From NCBI GenBank assembly GCA_016195565.1, contig JACPZK010000004.1, positions 4,003 to 68,002 on the forward strand: 64,000 bases of DNA. The letters run 5' to 3'. The notes beneath the pieces were generated by a model. The model did no database searches. It was not told where the DNA came from and saw only the letters and a program-made list of their open reading frames with translations. Below are positions 37,575 through 47,490 of this stretch, piece after piece. The position numbers were made by a program, and so were the translations under genes. Within the stretch, counting starts at the first letter, position 1, and the number at the start of each line of letters is the position of its first letter. The DNA is from Nitrospirota bacterium (lineage in GTDB: Bacteria > Nitrospirota > Thermodesulfovibrionia > Thermodesulfovibrionales > UBA1546).

Positions 37575-39206
37575 TTAATAACTCCGGTACTTATTTGTTA
37601 TCGGGAACCGCCTGTCTTTGCCGAATGCCCGCGGTGTTATTTTTATTCCCGGAGGAGACTGCCTTCTTTTATATTCACTCCTGTCTATCATCTCTATGAC
37701 CTTCCTTGTGCACTCAATATCGCATCCTGAAGGCAATATATCCTCAAAACTTTTGTCGTCTTCAACATATGCCTTGAGTATGGGATCAAGCACAGGATAC
37801 GGAGGCAGAGAATCCGTGTCCTTCTGATCAGGCCTCAGTTCTGCTGAAGGTTCTTTCCAAAGCACCCTCTCAGAGATTAGCGCCCTCCCCTCATTAGAAT
37901 TTTTCCATTTGCAAAGTTCATATACAAGGGTCTTAGGCACGTCTTTTATAACTGCAAAACCTCCTGCCATATCTCCGTAAAGTGTAGCATATCCGACGCT
38001 CATTTCAGACTTATTCCCTGTTGTCAGAACAAGCCGTCCGAATTTATTGGAAAATGCCATAAGTATATTCCCTCTTATTCTCGCCTGAAGGTTCTCTTCT
38101 GTTTTATCTTCAGGAAGCCCTTTGAATTGCATTTTAAGACTTTCACGATAAACTTCAAATATATTGCTGATAGGCGCCTCAATTATTTTAATGCCGAGAC
38201 TTCTGGCGAGTTCATAAGCATCTTCCCTGCTTTCTTTCGACGTATACGGAGACGGCATAAAGATACCTGAAACATTTTCTCTGCCTATGGCGTCAACTGC
38301 AATTGCAGCAACGAGTGCAGAGTCAACTCCGCCGCTTAAACCTATTACAACTTGTTTAAAATCATTCTTTACCGCATAATCTCTGGTGCCTAAAACAAGC
38401 GCTTTATAAACCTCTTCTTCAAATCCCCCCTCGCCCCCCTTTTCTAAAGGGGGGATGGGGGGATTATAACCGTCCAATGCTATCTCTGAGATAATCATCT
38501 CTTCTTCAAACTGTTTTCCTCTGACTATAATCGCTCCTGTTTTATCAGTTATAAAGCTCCCTCCGTCAAAAACAAGTTCGTCCTGCCCTCCGACTGTATT
38601 TAGATATGCGATTACTATTTTATTGTCAGATGCCCTTTCAGAAATCATCTTTTCCCTTAAATGTGCCTTGCCCATATGATACGGGGAAGCATTTATATTC
38701 AAAATGACCTCAGCGCCTGCAAGAGCCTGATACTTTGCAGGGCCTTCGGGATACCATATATCCTCACAAATATTCACTCCGATATTTATATCCTCAATTC
38801 TATAGACAGGGGTTTCGTTCCCTGCCCTGAAGTATCTGTATTCGTCAAAGACCCCATAGTTTGGAAGAAACACCTTGTGGTACACGCCAATCATCTTGCA
38901 GTTCCGGATTATTGCTGCAGCGTTGTAAAGAATGCTGTCTTTTCTGTCAACAAAGCCGACAACAGCCGCTATATCTTTCGTATTTTCAATAACCATGCTT
39001 AATGCCTCAAGGTTATCGTCTATGAAATGGCGCTTCAGGAGAAGGTCTTCAGGGGGGTAACCCGTAATTGACAGTTCGGGGAATATAACGAGAGAAGATT
39101 TCTTTTCCCTTGCCTTCCGGATGTAATCGCAAATCTTTAAGACATTGCCTTCAATGCCGCCGACAGTAGGATTAATCTGGGCAAGGGCAATTCTGATTCT
39201 CTTCAT
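37575..39206 (-). CDS. nadE: glutamine-dependent NAD+ synthetase
   Basis: N-terminal CN-hydrolase domain ([15 protein letters not shown]; [12 protein letters not shown]). C-terminal NAD synthetase domain ([12 protein letters not shown]). Confidence 0.95.
   Translation of the reverse strand: MKRIRIALAQINPTVGGIEGNVLKICDYIRKAREKKSSLVIFPELSITGYPPEDLLLKRHFIDDNLEALSMVIENTKDIAAVVGFVDRKDSILYNAAAIIRNCKMIGVYHKVFLPNYGVFDEYRYFRAGNETPVYRIEDINIGVNICEDIWYPEGPAKYQALAGAEVILNINASPYHMGKAHLREKMISERASDNKIVIAYLNTVGGQDELVFDGGSFITDKTGAIIVRGKQFEEEMIISEIALDGYNPPIPPLEKGGEGGFEEEVYKALVLGTRDYAVKNDFKQVVIGLSGGVDSALVAAIAVDAIGRENVSGIFMPSPYTSKESREDAYELARSLGIKIIEAPISNIFEVYRESLKMQFKGLPEDKTEENLQARIRGNILMAFSNKFGRLVLTTGNKSEMSVGYATLYGDMAGGFAVIKDVPKTLVYELCKWKNSNEGRALISERVLWKEPSAELRPDQKDTDSLPPYPVLDPILKAYVEDDKSFEDILPSGCDIECTRKVIEMIDRSEYKRRQSPPGIKITPRAFGKDRRFPITNKYRSY
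38423..38464. repeat. 42-nt C6/G6 two-tier palindromic element inserted in frame in the nadE interdomain linker
   Basis: atcccccctcgccccccttttctaaaggggggatggggggat. The C6 runs at 38425-30 and 38434-39 pair with the G6 runs at 38449-54 and 38457-62. It encodes [14 protein letters not shown]. Confidence 0.85.
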
Positions 39207-39217
39207 CTCTCTCCTCT

Positions 39218-39309
39218 GTCATTCCGAGGTCATTTCGACCGAGGAATCTAATTATTCAGCGCACCAATATCATGGTTTAAGATTGCTTCGGCTTCGCCTC
39301 GCAATGACA
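39218..39309. repeat. MITE/REP-like element, same family as 15283-15420
   Basis: GTCATTCCGAGG at 39218 and CCTCGCAATGAC ending at 39309 (1 mismatch as an inverted repeat). Shares CTTCGGCT.CGC.TCGCAATGAC with the first copy. Confidence 0.7.
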
Positions 39310-39355
39310 TTTACACCTTTACTCAATGATAATTTGAAGCGCTTCCATTTGTAAA

Positions 39356-39389
39356 CCCCGTTTAGAAAACAATTGTTTTTCTAACGGGG
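39356..39389. other. near-perfect long hairpin in a divergent intergenic region
   Basis: CCCCGTTTAGAAAACA / TGTTTTTCTAACGGGG, about 14-15 bp with one bulge. It lies between the nadE (-) and TauE (+) gene starts, so it is not a terminator for either. Confidence 0.6.
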
Positions 39390-39412
39390 TAAAGCCGCAT
39401 AAAAATTTAAAG

Positions 39413-39449
39413 CAACTTTTAACTTCCAACTTCTAACTCTTAAGTTTTT
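39413..39449. repeat. AAAGT-unit dispersed repeat (reverse orientation, intergenic)
   Basis: aacttttaacttccaacttctaactcttaagttttt is the complement of AAAGT-type units. Confidence 0.8.
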
Positions 39450-39463
39450 ATGTATAATACCCC

Positions 39464-40423
39464 ATGGATTTTTTGGACATGCTGTTTCCTGTCTCCGGCG
39501 TGAAGACTAACATTCTATTGCCGCCGCTTATTGCAATGGTTATTTCATTCTTCACCTCAATGGCAGGCATATCAGGCGCATTCCTTCTTCTTCCCTTCCA
39601 GATGAGTGTGCTTAATTACACTGCTCCATCAGTGAGCGGGACAAATCATGTCTTTAACATCTTTGCGATTCCAAGCGGTGTTTATCGTTACATTAAGGAA
39701 GGCAGAATGGCGTGGCCGTTGACATGGGTGATAATTGCAGGCACTCTGCCGGGAGTATTTCTCGGTTTTCATGTGAGGGTTTTGTATCTCCCCGATCCAA
39801 AAGCATTTAAGTTTTTTGTTGGGTGCGTATTACTTTATATCGGAAGCCGCCTGCTTAAAGAATTCATAGGTAAAGGCAAAATAAAACCTTCTGCTGCAAA
39901 GGCCCTTGAAAAAAAGTTTAAACAGCAGCAAAGTTCAAGACTAACAGCAGGCATCCCGTCTCATGCGGTTGTAAAGACAAAACATATATCATTAAAAAAG
40001 ATTGAATATGAGTTCTGGGGCGAAATTTTCTCATTTAACCCTATTGTCGTATTTATTCTGTCATTTGTTGTGGGAATAATCGGAGGAGCTTACGGCATCG
40101 GAGGCGGCGCAATTATTGCTCCTTTCTGTATTTCATTGCTGCACCTGCCTGCATATACGATTGCAGGCGCTACTTTAATGGGAACATTTATGACATCAAT
40201 TGCAGGAGCATTGTTTTACAGTATTCCGCTGATAGTGAATAACACCTCCTCAATGCCTGACTGGCCTTTGGGCATTCTGTTTGGCATTGGCGGGTTTGCA
40301 GGCATGTATATCGGAGCGCGCCTTCAGAAATTTGTTCCGCAGCAGCTTATTAAGATAGTATTAGGACTGATAATTATTTTCCTGTCAATCAGATACATTC
40401 TGCAGTTTTTTGCATTTTTTTGA
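39464..40423 (+). CDS. TauE/SafE (TSUP) family anion exporter permease
   Basis: Two-half membrane protein with a G-rich motif (VVGIIGGAYGIGGGAIIAPF), typical of TauE/SafE. Confidence 0.8.
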   Translation: MDFLDMLFPVSGVKTNILLPPLIAMVISFFTSMAGISGAFLLLPFQMSVLNYTAPSVSGTNHVFNIFAIPSGVYRYIKEGRMAWPLTWVIIAGTLPGVFLGFHVRVLYLPDPKAFKFFVGCVLLYIGSRLLKEFIGKGKIKPSAAKALEKKFKQQQSSRLTAGIPSHAVVKTKHISLKKIEYEFWGEIFSFNPIVVFILSFVVGIIGGAYGIGGGAIIAPFCISLLHLPAYTIAGATLMGTFMTSIAGALFYSIPLIVNNTSSMPDWPLGILFGIGGFAGMYIGARLQKFVPQQLIKIVLGLIIIFLSIRYILQFFAFF

Positions 40424-40457
40424 ATTCAGGCTGCATATCATGTAAAATATCAGTAAG

Positions 40458-41690
40458 ATGCCCTTAGCCAGAGAAGCTAAAATCTATAAAACATTTATGG
40501 TCTCCATAAGCCTGATGATTATTGCAGTCCTGTCAGGGATTTTTTTTATTACAACTGCAAGAACCCGACAGTTAATAGATGAGGAAAATGTAATAAGGGC
40601 CAGGACATTATTTAACAGTATAATTTTAACAAGAAAGTGGAATGCTAATCATGATGGAGTATACGTTGAAAAAAAGAAGGGGGATAAGTCTAATCCATAT
40701 TTAACAAGCCCTGACATCAAAACAACTGACGGAAAGGTTTATACAAAAAAGAATCCAGCCCTGATGACCCGCGAAATTTCTGAATATGCTGAAAAGGAAG
40801 GGCTGTTTAAATTTCATTTAACAAGCCTGAATCTCCTCAACCCTGCAAATAAGCCTGACGATTTTGAGACAAGGGCATTGTCATTATTTGAAAAGGGGAT
40901 AAACGAAACTTCCCATATTGAAAAGAAGAACGGCATAACATATTTCAGATATATGGCTCCGCTTTACATAGAGAAAGAATGTCTTCAGTGCCATTCAGCT
41001 CAGGGCTATAAGATAGGCGAAGTGAGAGGCGGCATCAGTATAACCTTTGATATTAAGAATATTCGCAGTAAGTTAGAAACCTATGCGAGCATTTTCGGTC
41101 TGCTGTCCGCATCTTTCCTTTTGGGGCTTATCTTTTTCTTTACAGCGCGGTTAATAAAGAAAACTTCGGAAATTCAGCAGCGATTCGAACACCTGGCTAT
41201 TACAGACGGGCTGACAGGAATATTTAACAGAAGACACATAATGACAAGGTTTAATGAGGAATTCGAAAGAGCACAAAGGCTTAAGAAAAAACTGGGATGC
41301 ATCATGATTGATATAGACAGGTTCAAATCCATAAATGATGAGTTCGGTCATCTTGTCGGAGATGAGGTATTGAGAGAAGTTTCAGTCCGTATAAAGAATT
41401 CCATCCGAATTTATGACGTCTTAGGCCGTTACGGCGGGGAAGAGTTTTTGATTGTATTGCCTGATACAGATTTTGATAATACAAGGAGCCTTGCTGAAAG
41501 AATAAGGGAAAATGTAAAAGCAGATATGTTTTTAGCGGCAGATATGCCTTTGCATATCCATATTACCATCAGCTTAGGCATTACGCGCATGACAGATGGG
41601 GACAGATCTATAGACGATATCATAAAGAGAGCGGACGAAGGACTGTATAAAGCAAAAAACAGAGGAAGAGACAGAGTTGAATGGCTTTAA
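40458..41690 (+). CDS. diguanylate cyclase (GGDEF) with N-terminal DUF3365-type heme-c (CLQCH) sensor domain
   Basis: TM helix. KECLQCHSAQGYKIGEVRGGISI. GGDEF domain with RYGGEEF and an RxxD I-site (RIYD) 5 residues upstream. Confidence 0.85.
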   Translation: MPLAREAKIYKTFMVSISLMIIAVLSGIFFITTARTRQLIDEENVIRARTLFNSIILTRKWNANHDGVYVEKKKGDKSNPYLTSPDIKTTDGKVYTKKNPALMTREISEYAEKEGLFKFHLTSLNLLNPANKPDDFETRALSLFEKGINETSHIEKKNGITYFRYMAPLYIEKECLQCHSAQGYKIGEVRGGISITFDIKNIRSKLETYASIFGLLSASFLLGLIFFFTARLIKKTSEIQQRFEHLAITDGLTGIFNRRHIMTRFNEEFERAQRLKKKLGCIMIDIDRFKSINDEFGHLVGDEVLREVSVRIKNSIRIYDVLGRYGGEEFLIVLPDTDFDNTRSLAERIRENVKADMFLAADMPLHIHITISLGITRMTDGDRSIDDIIKRADEGLYKAKNRGRDRVEWL

Positions 41691-41774
41691 CTGAGGAATT
41701 CCTCCCAGTTTGAGTTGCCGACAAATCTTGTCTATAATAAGCAAGAACATTTACACACACAAGGAGGTGCTTTT

Positions 41775-41963
41775 ATGTTAAAAACTGTTGTTGACTGGGA
41801 TACATGTGTAGGGTGCGGCGCATGTGCAGAGGTCTGCCCTGAAGTCTTTCAACTTAGAGATGATAAGGTATGGGTTGTCGGACTGGACAAATGCAATACC
41901 TGCAATTGTCAGGAAGCTGCCGACATCTGTCCTGTTCAGGCAATAACCGTTACTGAGGAGTAA
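41775..41963 (+). CDS. small [4Fe-4S]/[3Fe-4S] ferredoxin
   Basis: MLKTVVDWDTCVGCGACAEVCPEVF...CPVQAI. The ATG at 41775 follows AAGGAGGTG. Confidence 0.8.
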   Translation: MLKTVVDWDTCVGCGACAEVCPEVFQLRDDKVWVVGLDKCNTCNCQEAADICPVQAITVTEE

Positions 41964-41974
41964 CCGGTAAAACT

Positions 41975-42574
41975 ATGAAGGTTATTGCATTTTTAGGAAG
42001 TCCGAGAAAGGACGGCAATACAGAGCTTCTGCTTAATGAAGCAATAAAGGGGATTATCGCCTCGGGGGACTCGGCTGGGCGAGAGATTCCCGGCTCTGCT
42101 GTGCAAATCTTTAACCTCAATCTCATGAAGATCTCTCCATGTCAGGACTGTGGAGGATGCGACGAGACAGGCAAATGCACTGTTGAAGACGAGATGTCTC
42201 AGATTTACAATACAATAAAAACTGCGGACAGAATCATCCTTGCATCGCCAATCTTTTTCTTCGGGCTAAGTGCGCAGACAAAGATAATGATTGACAGGTG
42301 TCAGGCATTCTGGTGCGAAAAGTATCTGCTCAAGAAACCAATCCCTGAAGGCAAATTCGGAAGGAAAGGGCTCTTATTGCTCGTAGGGGGCATGGAAAAA
42401 GAGGATGGGATTAAGTGTTCCGAGGCAACTGCAAAGGCATTTTTCAGAACCATCAGCGTGCCTGAACATAAGACGTTGAGTGTTCTTGGCGTTGACGCAA
42501 AAGGCGCAATACTTGGGCATCCCACTGCGCTTAAAGATGCATATGAGGCAGGAAAAGAACTGGTTAGGGGTTAA
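41975..42574 (+). CDS. flavodoxin-fold FMN reductase / iron-sulfur flavoprotein-like protein
   Basis: MKVIAFLGSPRKDGNTELL (NADPH-dependent FMN reductase fold) plus a Cys cluster, CQDCGGCDETGKC. Confidence 0.7.
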   Translation: MKVIAFLGSPRKDGNTELLLNEAIKGIIASGDSAGREIPGSAVQIFNLNLMKISPCQDCGGCDETGKCTVEDEMSQIYNTIKTADRIILASPIFFFGLSAQTKIMIDRCQAFWCEKYLLKKPIPEGKFGRKGLLLLVGGMEKEDGIKCSEATAKAFFRTISVPEHKTLSVLGVDAKGAILGHPTALKDAYEAGKELVRG

Positions 42575-43445
42575 CTCTCTTCCACCTTCTGTGTATCCAC
42601 AGCCATTCTGATGGATATTCTTTTACATACGCTTCAATAAAACCTGAAAACTTTTTTGTATCTTCAATAACCGCTTTCTCTTTATCTGCAATATCTGATA
42701 ATTTTACCTCCGGATAAATCGTTATTCTATGGCCTTTATCTGTTCTGTGAATAAATGCAGGCAGGACTGCTGCCCCAGTTTTTCTTGCTATGAGCGCCGG
42801 CATCTTTGTTATCCATGCCCCTCTTCCGAGAAAATCTATTACATACCCCTCATCTGAAAGCACAGCCTGATCCATCAGAATCCCTACGGAGCCGCCTTCT
42901 CTGAGCCTTTCAATAATATTCCGCAAAGCTCCTTTTTTATAAATGACACTGTTGCCGTACCTCTGTCTTGCCTTCTCTATAAATTTGTTTATATAAGGGT
43001 TATTGCTTCTTCTTGCCACTGCTGAAATGTCCAATAACTTGTAAGATGAGGCTATTGCCACGAGCTCCCAGTTCCCGCAGTGTCCTGTTATAAATAGAAT
43101 ACCTTTGCCCTCTGATTTGGTCTTGTATGCATTTTCAGCTCCCTCAATCTCTACAGCATCTATTATTTTTCTGCCTGCGCCGTAATATATTTTGATTATC
43201 TCGCTTAGAGACCTTCCTAAATTCCTGAAATTATTTCTGATTAGCTTTTCAGGCGTTTCCGTAATGCTGATCGCGTGAGATGATATTGAATTGCGGAGAT
43301 TTTCTATTGCGATCTTTCTTCTGCTTCTCCAGAGATAAAAAAGCAGAATACCGAGAAATTCTCCGAACTTAAGCGGAAATACTGCCAAGGGCACGGACAG
43401 CGCTACATAAAGACAAGCCTCAAGAAACCACGCCGTCCGTTTCAT
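42564..43445 (-). CDS. lysophospholipid/lipid A (LpxL/HtrB-like) acyltransferase
   Basis: N-terminal TM helix. HX4E acyltransferase motif (GHCGNWE). The size fits. Confidence 0.75.
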   Translation of the reverse strand: MKRTAWFLEACLYVALSVPLAVFPLKFGEFLGILLFYLWRSRRKIAIENLRNSISSHAISITETPEKLIRNNFRNLGRSLSEIIKIYYGAGRKIIDAVEIEGAENAYKTKSEGKGILFITGHCGNWELVAIASSYKLLDISAVARRSNNPYINKFIEKARQRYGNSVIYKKGALRNIIERLREGGSVGILMDQAVLSDEGYVIDFLGRGAWITKMPALIARKTGAAVLPAFIHRTDKGHRITIYPEVKLSDIADKEKAVIEDTKKFSGFIEAYVKEYPSEWLWIHRRWKRVNP

Positions 43446-45877
43446 GCGTTATTTTCTTTTTTGCCTTTCTCTTTTTCTTCTTCTTCCTCTTTTTCCTTCT
43501 TTCCCTTCAAGGCCTCTCTTATTTCTTCAAAGCGTTTTGCAACAAGGTAATTGATTGTGCCTTCCGGATAGGTTCCATCTTCCCTTAACTCGCCTGCAGG
43601 CAGGCCTGTGAGTATTTCAAGCCCTTCCTCAGCTCTGTTTATCGGGTATATTGTGAATTTTCCTGCCTTAACAGCATCAACCACATCCTTTTTTACCATC
43701 AGGTGTTTTACATTCCGCCTCGGTATTATGACACCGTGGCTTCCGTCAAGCCCTCTCAATCTGCACAACTCAAAGAATCCCTCTATCTTTTCATTTACAC
43801 CGCCTATTGGCTGGACCTCTCCGTTCTGGTCCATAGAGCCTGTAACCGCAATGCTTTGTTTTAACGGCACATTCGCAATACTGCTTAAAAGAACATACAG
43901 TTCTGCGCATGAAGCGCTGTCGCCCTCCACCATATCATAAAGCTGCTCAAATGTTATTGAGGCTGAAAGGCTTATTGGCTTTTTTGAAGCATATCTGCTG
44001 CCAAGGTAGTTCGTTATTATGAGTATTGCCTTTTCATGTATCCTGCCGCTCATCTTGGTTTCTCTTTCTATATTCACAACTCCTGCTTTTCCTGTGTATG
44101 TCGAGGCAGTTATCCTTGAGGGCTTGCCGAAACTGTAATCCCCGAGGTCAAGAACGGCAAGTCCGTTAACCTGTCCGGTTTTTTCTCCTGAGGTGTCAAC
44201 TATCAGTGTCCCCTCCGCAATCATTTCACGCATACGCTCTTCTATTCTGTTGTTTCTGTAAACCTTTTCGTTTATGGCTTTCTCCACATGCTCATTTGTA
44301 ACTGTCTTGCTTTTTGCCTTTAAGGCCCAATAGTTTGACTCAACGATAACGTCATTTATTTCGCTGAACTTTGACGAGAGTTTTTCCTGATGTTCCGCAA
44401 GTCTTGAGCCGTACTCCACAACCTTTGCAATGCCTGTCCTGTCAAAGGGCAGCAGCTTTTCCTCCTTGCATTTCGCCGCAACAAAGGATGCGTATTTTTG
44501 TATGTTTTCATCGGTCCTGTCCATCCTGCTGTCAAAGTCAGCCTTGACCTTAAACAGTTCCCTGTATTCTTCATCAAGGCTGTAAAGCAGATAATAAAGA
44601 TAGGGATTGCCGACAAGTATGATTTTAACGTTGAGCGGAATTGCCTCGGGCTTGAGGGTTGTTGTGGATATCAGCCTGTACTGTTCCCATACGTCTTCTA
44701 TTTTTACTTCCTTATTCCTTAAGGCGCGTTTCAGCGCATCATAGGCAAATATATTTCTCAGAAGGTCCAGGACATTGATGACTATATAACCTCCGTTTGC
44801 CCTGTGAAGCGAGCCGGCTTTTATCATTGAGAAATCCGTTATTGCAATCCCGTACTGTATCTTATGTTCTATTCTTCCAAAGAGATCGAAGTATGTCGGG
44901 TTGCTCTCGAATACACACGGCGCGCCTTTAGTCTCTCTATTGTTCACAAGGACATTAACTATGTACCTGGTAAATGTCGGTTCGGTTTTCGGCATCCTCA
45001 TAAATGGCAGCGCCGGCATTTGTTCCTCCGTCGTCTTAAAATCATCGAGGTGCGCAAGTATGTCTTCCTTAACGCCTTCAAGATACGCAGTTATCCTTTC
45101 ATGACTGCTATATTTGTTTTTCAGTTCGTCTATCAGATGTCCGACAGCAGAAAGCGCAGCCTCTCTCTCAAGCCTGGCAAGGAGGTCCTTGACAAGCTTC
45201 TCTCCGTCTCTCAATGTCCTGACAACATCATCAAGTCTGTCCTGAAGCATTTTGCCCAGCTCTTCTATTTTTTTTCTGGTTTTTTCATCCAGGGCTTCAA
45301 AATCTTCTTCCTTTAGCGGCTCTCCTGTTTTTTTGATAGGAACTATCAGTAAGCCGCTGACGGTCTTTCTTATAGAAAATCCTTTTGCTTGCGCCTCATC
45401 TTCGAGCTGAGAGAAAAGGTCTTTCTGTTTCTTTTGAAATTCCTCAAGAATAAGGTTTTTCTGCTTTTCATATTCTTTAGACTCAAAGACCTTTGGTATC
45501 TCAACCCTGAGCACATTAATAAGCTCATCCATGTCTTTCTGAAAGATTGCAGCGCTGCCCGGTTCAAGCGGCACAGCTATCGGAGCATCGGCATCCTTGA
45601 AGTTATAGACATAACACCAGTCAGACGGAACCGGTTCATTTATTGCCTGTTTGGACAGTATGGACTTGATTGTGGTCATCTTGCCTGTTCCGCTTTCGCC
45701 AAGGATAAATATGTTAAAGCCTCTATTGTTAAAGCCTATTCCAAAATCAAGCGCCCTTAATGCCCTCTCCTGCCCTATTGTTTCCTCAAAAAGAGACAAA
45801 TCGTCTGTAGTTTTGAACTTAAATATGTCCTGATTGCAGCATTTGTAAAGTTCATCAACGCTAAGTTTGTCAGGCAT
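43442..45877 (-). CDS. Lon-like AAA+ serine protease (Lon family, no canonical LonA N-domain)
   Basis: Walker A GESGTGKMT. C-terminal S16 protease domain with GDSASCA (Ser) and GGVNEKIEGF (Lys). The ATG at 45877 follows GGAGG. Acidic/Lys-rich tail. Confidence 0.85.
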   Translation of the reverse strand: MPDKLSVDELYKCCNQDIFKFKTTDDLSLFEETIGQERALRALDFGIGFNNRGFNIFILGESGTGKMTTIKSILSKQAINEPVPSDWCYVYNFKDADAPIAVPLEPGSAAIFQKDMDELINVLRVEIPKVFESKEYEKQKNLILEEFQKKQKDLFSQLEDEAQAKGFSIRKTVSGLLIVPIKKTGEPLKEEDFEALDEKTRKKIEELGKMLQDRLDDVVRTLRDGEKLVKDLLARLEREAALSAVGHLIDELKNKYSSHERITAYLEGVKEDILAHLDDFKTTEEQMPALPFMRMPKTEPTFTRYIVNVLVNNRETKGAPCVFESNPTYFDLFGRIEHKIQYGIAITDFSMIKAGSLHRANGGYIVINVLDLLRNIFAYDALKRALRNKEVKIEDVWEQYRLISTTTLKPEAIPLNVKIILVGNPYLYYLLYSLDEEYRELFKVKADFDSRMDRTDENIQKYASFVAAKCKEEKLLPFDRTGIAKVVEYGSRLAEHQEKLSSKFSEINDVIVESNYWALKAKSKTVTNEHVEKAINEKVYRNNRIEERMREMIAEGTLIVDTSGEKTGQVNGLAVLDLGDYSFGKPSRITASTYTGKAGVVNIERETKMSGRIHEKAILIITNYLGSRYASKKPISLSASITFEQLYDMVEGDSASCAELYVLLSSIANVPLKQSIAVTGSMDQNGEVQPIGGVNEKIEGFFELCRLRGLDGSHGVIIPRRNVKHLMVKKDVVDAVKAGKFTIYPINRAEEGLEILTGLPAGELREDGTYPEGTINYLVAKRFEEIREALKGKKEKEEEEEKEKGKKENNA

Positions 45878-45980
45878 TTTTACCTCCACGACAATGTCAG
45901 TTTATAGTATGTAATTTATTACTATGAACAATTTAGCACAAAAAAAAGTTTTAATAAAGAGATGATGATAATGTAGGCAT

Positions 45981-46100
45981 TTATCCCTTCCCCTCCACAA
46001 TCGCCATCTCCTCCGGCGTGAGGCTGTAGAGGGCATAGACCATTTCGTCAATCTGTTTTTCGAGGGCGGAGGTGTTGGCGCTGAGCGTGAACAACAGTGA
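45981..46100 (-). pseudogene. orphan 3' tail of a restriction-modification type DNA methyltransferase gene
   Basis: 39-codon open frame with no start: ...LEKQIDEMVYALYSLTPEEMAIVEGKG*. The motif IDxxVYxLYxLTxEExxIVE is the characteristic C-terminal end of type IIG / type I / BREX-type N6-adenine methyltransferases. It begins 7 nt after the toxin stop. Confidence 0.45.
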
Positions 46101-46106
46101 TCAGTA

Positions 46107-46388
46107 TTATCTTTTCCCATACAATTCATCATGACTCCCTACATCAAGCAGGACAACCTCTTTTTCCGATATAGCAACAGTCAGCGATACCCTGTATTTA
46201 TCATTTATGCTTACTGCCTGAATACCTTTTAGTTTTCCTCCGAGATGATGGTATTTAAGGTGCGGCTGAAAGGGATCTTTTTCAAGGTCGCGCAGAATAT
46301 CGGCAAGCCTTTTTCTCAATTCCGGATGGCGTTTTTTGAATTTCTCTCCTGAACGCGTAAAATGAGCAGTCCATGCAAGAGTGTACAT
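46107..46388 (-). CDS. RelE/ParE-superfamily toxin (type II TA)
   Basis: ...DPFQPHLKYHHLGGKLKGIQAVSINDKYRVSLTVAISEKEVVLLDVGSHDELY. Starts 3 nt downstream of the antitoxin gene. Confidence 0.8.
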   Translation of the reverse strand: MYTLAWTAHFTRSGEKFKKRHPELRKRLADILRDLEKDPFQPHLKYHHLGGKLKGIQAVSINDKYRVSLTVAISEKEVVLLDVGSHDELYGKR

Positions 46389-46391
46389 TCC

Positions 46392-46655
46392 TCAGTCTTC
46401 CAGTTTTAATTCTTTTATTAAATCTTTTGCAGTCCCGCGCTTAACCCTGCCTGCCTTTATATCCTCAAGCGATGCCCGGATGCGCGCATTATAGACCTCA
46501 TCCTCGGCCTCAAGTAATTCGCTGTAACGCTCTTCTGAGAGGACCACATACTGAGGCTGGTTGTTCTTGATGATGTGAACAGGGCCTTCTTTCAGGACTT
46601 CATCTACGGCTGAAATCCCCTTTCTTTTTATTTCCTGTGCAGCTAATGTATTCAT
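46392..46655 (-). CDS. Phd/YefM-family antitoxin
   Basis: 87 aa. GPVHIIKNNQPQYVVLSEERYSELLEAE is typical of Phd/YefM antitoxins. Confidence 0.8.
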   Translation of the reverse strand: MNTLAAQEIKRKGISAVDEVLKEGPVHIIKNNQPQYVVLSEERYSELLEAEDEVYNARIRASLEDIKAGRVKRGTAKDLIKELKLED

Positions 46656-47068
46656 ATCAATACTCCTTTCAATACCTTTTATGGTACTTATAATAGCTCA
46701 TCTTTTTACTACAGTCAACCCCATGTAAAAGTTCCATACAAATGCGACAGGCCCCCTTTCTGGATAAGGTAGTCAATCAGAGTCTCTATGAAGGATTGCG
46801 GATTCCAGCGACAAGGCCTCTCATTTCTGAATGGGCGGAATGATTCATGATTTCCGGGTGAAATGATTAACACCCTGCATCAGCCGCACCGCCGAAGACC
46901 AAAGACTGGAAAAGAAAAGCGGCTATTCGGCGTCGGGCTGGATGCCTTTGTTGTGCATGGCTTTATTATATTTTTTAATTCTATATTCTGGAGGTTGCAG
47001 TGGTATTTTCTAAATTGGGTCATCTGTGCTGCCATAGTGCGGATTGCAGGATACGACGATCTCATAGA

Positions 47069-47332
47069 TTAGATCGCCTCCCTAATCTGCATTGCGGCGC
47101 CTCTGGGCGCAAAGGGATACCATACCTTTCTTTTCATATCATAACTGAAAGGATAGTATTGTCCCTGCGCATTCCCTTTTGTAAATTGATTGTGGCAGAT
47201 AATATCAATTTCATCATTCCCGTCATCCCACGCCATGAAGGCGTTTGCATCAAATATCTTAAAGTATCTAAAATGGCCTCTTTGTTTCTTTAAATCCTGA
47301 GTAAAGATACAGCTATTACTTTCTGATGCCAT
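47069..47332 (-). CDS. hypothetical protein
   Basis: 87-aa ORF with an ATG start. I recognise no family. GGGAGG near its 3' end precedes a further doubtful ORF (46880..47065). Confidence 0.35.
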   Translation of the reverse strand: MASESNSCIFTQDLKKQRGHFRYFKIFDANAFMAWDDGNDEIDIICHNQFTKGNAQGQYYPFSYDMKRKVWYPFAPRGAAMQIREAI

Positions 47333-47490
47333 TTTTTATAGTTCTCTTATTTTCTTCTGATTTTCGCGCAACTGTTGATGAGTAGATTTTGTTGGCATTA
47401 CGATTATCCTTTTTTAATGGTTTTTAGTTTGCCGTTATTATGGCTACACAACAATGGATATCCGAACATTCCTCGAATGCAAATTAGCAT

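Noticed and set aside
45902-46132. 76-aa ORF on the minus strand
   Set aside because: It is out of frame with, and overlaps, both the toxin 3' end and the methyltransferase-tail frame. The sequence is Arg/Trp-rich and low-complexity with no RBS.
46715-46879. Start-less 54-codon frame (...QSFIETLIDYLIQKGGLSHLYGTFTWG*) as a second restriction-enzyme (HsdR C-terminal-like) remnant
   Set aside because: The resemblance is only impressionistic, and I cannot support it without a database search. It is mentioned so it can be tested alongside the clearer methyltransferase tail.
46880-47065. 61-aa ORF preceded by GGGAGG downstream of 47069..47332
   Set aside because: The RBS spacing is long (11 nt), the product is low-complexity and no family is recognised. 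It is left unannotated. It could be real if it is conserved in relatives.
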